64,000 bases of DNA, from positions 1 to 64,000 of the forward strand of contig JAPDFW010000061.1 of assembly GCA_028826165.1 (NCBI GenBank). Direction: 5' to 3'. The DNA comes from Anaeramoeba ignava BMAN. Lineage: Eukaryota > Protista > Anaeramoebae. The position numbers and the translations under genes are program-made. This document shows, one piece after another, positions 61,305 to 64,000 of this stretch. Position 1 is the first letter of the stretch. Each line of letters starts with the position of its first letter. Below the pieces are notes generated by a model that was not told the DNA's origin, ran no database searches, and saw nothing but the letters and a program-made list of their open reading frames with translations.

Positions 61305-64000
61305 TTAAATGACTTTCTTTGATTTTCCAACTTCAATAAATGCATTAATTGCTTTATCTAATTGTTCTTTTGTATGTTTTGCTGAAATTTGAACTCTTAT
61401 TCTTGCTTGTCCTTTTGGAACAACTGGATAAGAAAATCCAATAACATAAATTCCTCTTTTTAACATTTCATCTGCAAATTCGTTTGCTAATCTTCCTTCA
61501 TATAACATAATTGGAATAATTGGATGAACTCCTGGCATAATTTTAAATCCTGCATCAGTCATCTTCTTTCGGAAATATAATGTGTTTTCTTCTAATTTAT
61601 CTCTTAATTCTGTTGATTCAGAAATTGTATCAAATGCTTTAATTGCTGCTCCAACAACAGCGGGTGCAAGCTATTTAATTTAATATTTAATTAAATATTT
61701 AATTTAATATTTATTTTAATATTTAATTTAAATATTTATTTTAATATTTAATTTAAATATTTAATATTTATTTTAATATTTATTTTAATATTTATTTTAA
61801 TATTTATTTTAATATTTAATTTAATTTAAATATTTATTTTAATATTTATTTCAATATTTATTTTAATATTTATTTTAATATTTAATTTAATATTTAATTC
61901 AATATTTATTTTAATATTTAATTTAATATTTATTTTAATATTTATTTTAATATTTATTTTACAGTGTTTGAAAATAAATAAGGTCTACTTCTTTGACGAA
62001 GCATATCAACAATATATTTAGGTCCTGTTGTAAATCCACCAGAAGAGCCACCCATAGCCTTTCCAAGTGTTGAATTAATAATATCAACTCTATCTAAAAC
62101 ACCACAATGTTCAGCTGCTCCTCTTCCTGTTTTTCCAAAAAATCCAGTTGCATGACTTTCATCAACACAAACAAGTGAATCATACTATTTAATTATTTAA
62201 TTATTTAAATTATTTTATTATTTTTATTATTTTATTTATTTTATTTATTTTATTATTTAATTATTTTAATTATTTAATTATTTAATTATTTAAATTATTT
62301 TATTATTTTTATTATTTTATTTATTTTATTTATTTTATTATTTAATTATTTAATTATTTAATTATTTAATTATTTAATTATTTTATTTATTTTAATTATT
62401 TAATTATTTAATTATTTAATTATTTTAATATTTAATTATTTTAATATTTTAATTATTTTATTATTTAATTATTTTAATTATTTAATTATTTTATTATTTA
62501 ATTATTTTAATTATTTTACTATTTAATTATTTTAATTATTTAATTATTTAATTATTTTTAATTATTTAATTATTTTATTATTTAATTATTTAATTATTTA
62601 ATTATTTAATTATTTAAATATTTAATTATTTTAATTATTTAATTATTTAATTATTTAATTATTTAATTATTTTAATTATTTAATTATTTAATTATTTAAT
62701 TATTTAATTATTTAATTATTTAATTATTTTAATATTTAATTATTTAATTATTTAATTATTTTAATTATTTAATTTGAAATGAAATTATTATACTTTATCA
62801 GCCAAATCACAAATTTCTTTTAAAGGAGGAACATCACCATCCATTGAAAAAACACCATCTGTAATAATAATTCTGATATCACATTTTTGAGCTGATTTAA
62901 GTTTTTCTTCAAGATCTTTCATATCACAATGATTATATCTAAGTCTTGTTGCTTTTCCTGCAAGACGAACTCCATCAATAATTGATGCGTGATTTAAAGC
63001 ATCACTAATAATTGCAAGATCAACTTTTTCATCAGTTGTTGGATTGATTAATCCTTCAAAAAGTCCAGCATTTGCATCAAACTAATAAAAATAAAATTAT
63101 TAAAATTAAAATTAAAATTATTATTAAAATTAAAATTAAAATTATAATTATAATTATAATTAAAATTAAAATTAAAATTAAAATTATAATTATAATTAAA
63201 ATTAAAATTAAAATTAAAATTATAATTATAATTAAAATAAAAATTAAAATTAAATTTAAAATTAAATTTATAATTAAAATTAAAATTAAATTTAAAATTA
63301 AATTTATAATTAAAATTAAAATTAAAATTAAAATTAAAATTAAAATTAAAATTAAAATTGAACTTAAAATTAAATTTATAATTAAAATTAAAATTAAAAT
63401 TAAAATTAAATTTAAAATTAAAATTAAATTTAAAATTGAACTTACACAACTTGAATAAAGAATTGCATCTTCTTTTTTATGAAATTTAGCAATTTTTCCT
63501 TCTAATTCTTTGTGAATATTTTGAGTTCCACAAATGAATCTAACAGAACTTAAACCCAATCCATGAGTATCAATAGTTCTCTTTGCTGATTGCATTAAAC
63601 TATAATCATTAGCAAGTCCCAAATACTAATAAAAAAAATGAAAAAAAAAAATGAAAATAAAAAAAATGAAATTAAAAAAAATGAAATTAAAAAAATGAAA
63701 TTAAAAAAAATGAAATTAAAAAAAACATTTGAAATTAAGTCACTTACATTATTTGCACAAAAGTTTAAAACATCGTGTTGAGTTCCTTTAACAGCAATTG
63801 CAGAAGATTGTTGTGAAATGATAACTCTTTCAGCTAAAAAAAATTTTTTTTTCAATGTCAATTCATGTTTTTGTTTTTGTTTTTTTTTTTGTTTTTGTTT
63901 TTAATGTCAATTTTGTTTTTGAAATTAAATTTAATTACCTTTCCATAAACCAGCATCTCTAATATCATCAAGTTGTTTTTGAATTAATTTCTTTGCAGAA
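61305..64000 (-). CDS. GCAT: 2-amino-3-ketobutyrate CoA ligase (glycine C-acetyltransferase) paralogue 2, 6 exons, 5' end runs off the window
   Basis: Exons >64000-63939, 63833-63748, 63625-63446, 63081-62794, 62184-61963, 61670-61305. Motifs [48 protein letters not shown] (PLP Lys), [20 protein letters not shown]. Confidence 0.95.

Noticed and set aside
1-64000. Alternative genetic code, non-canonical introns or inteins
   Set aside because: All well-supported genes splice in frame with GT-AG and end at TAA/TAG/TGA. No Hint/intein motifs were recognised. The only possible GC donor (~58262) is in the scrambled region.
1-64000. tRNA, rRNA or snRNA genes
   Set aside because: No GC-rich structured non-coding segment seen by eye. 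A tRNAscan/Infernal run would be needed to exclude AT-rich ncRNAs.

Overview
Extremely AT-rich, gene-dense eukaryotic (protist) nuclear DNA. It uses the standard genetic code and GT-AG spliceosomal introns. The expanded RCC1-BTB and BTB-TLDc families, N/Q tracts and composition resemble the anaerobic metamonad Anaeramoeba (inference, not a database result). 0.2-13.3 kb is an accessory locus: two oppositely oriented tandem arrays of RCC1-propeller/double-BTB genes. Both arrays are broken at the same point and enclose a ~4.5 kb cassette holding a BTB-TLDc gene between 144/165/145-bp tandem arrays. The RCC1-BTB copies have a near-invariant BTB end but aromatic-rich hypervariable propeller loops shuffled as mosaics, the best candidate here for an undescribed diversified ubiquitin-ligase receptor system. 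13.5-64 kb holds manually spliced genes: ATG2, a six-repeat Pumilio, ARPC3, FKBP-TPR, GDP-mannose pyrophosphorylase, an NRF-6-like O-acyltransferase, a coiled-coil protein, p31comet-like, a PAS protein, CLEC16A/TT9, a DUSP, an N/Q-rich unknown and two glycine C-acetyltransferase paralogues. Long introns are filled with intron-specific microsatellites. Many ORF-track entries are microsatellite artefacts, and some frameshifts and one scrambled region are probably assembly errors.
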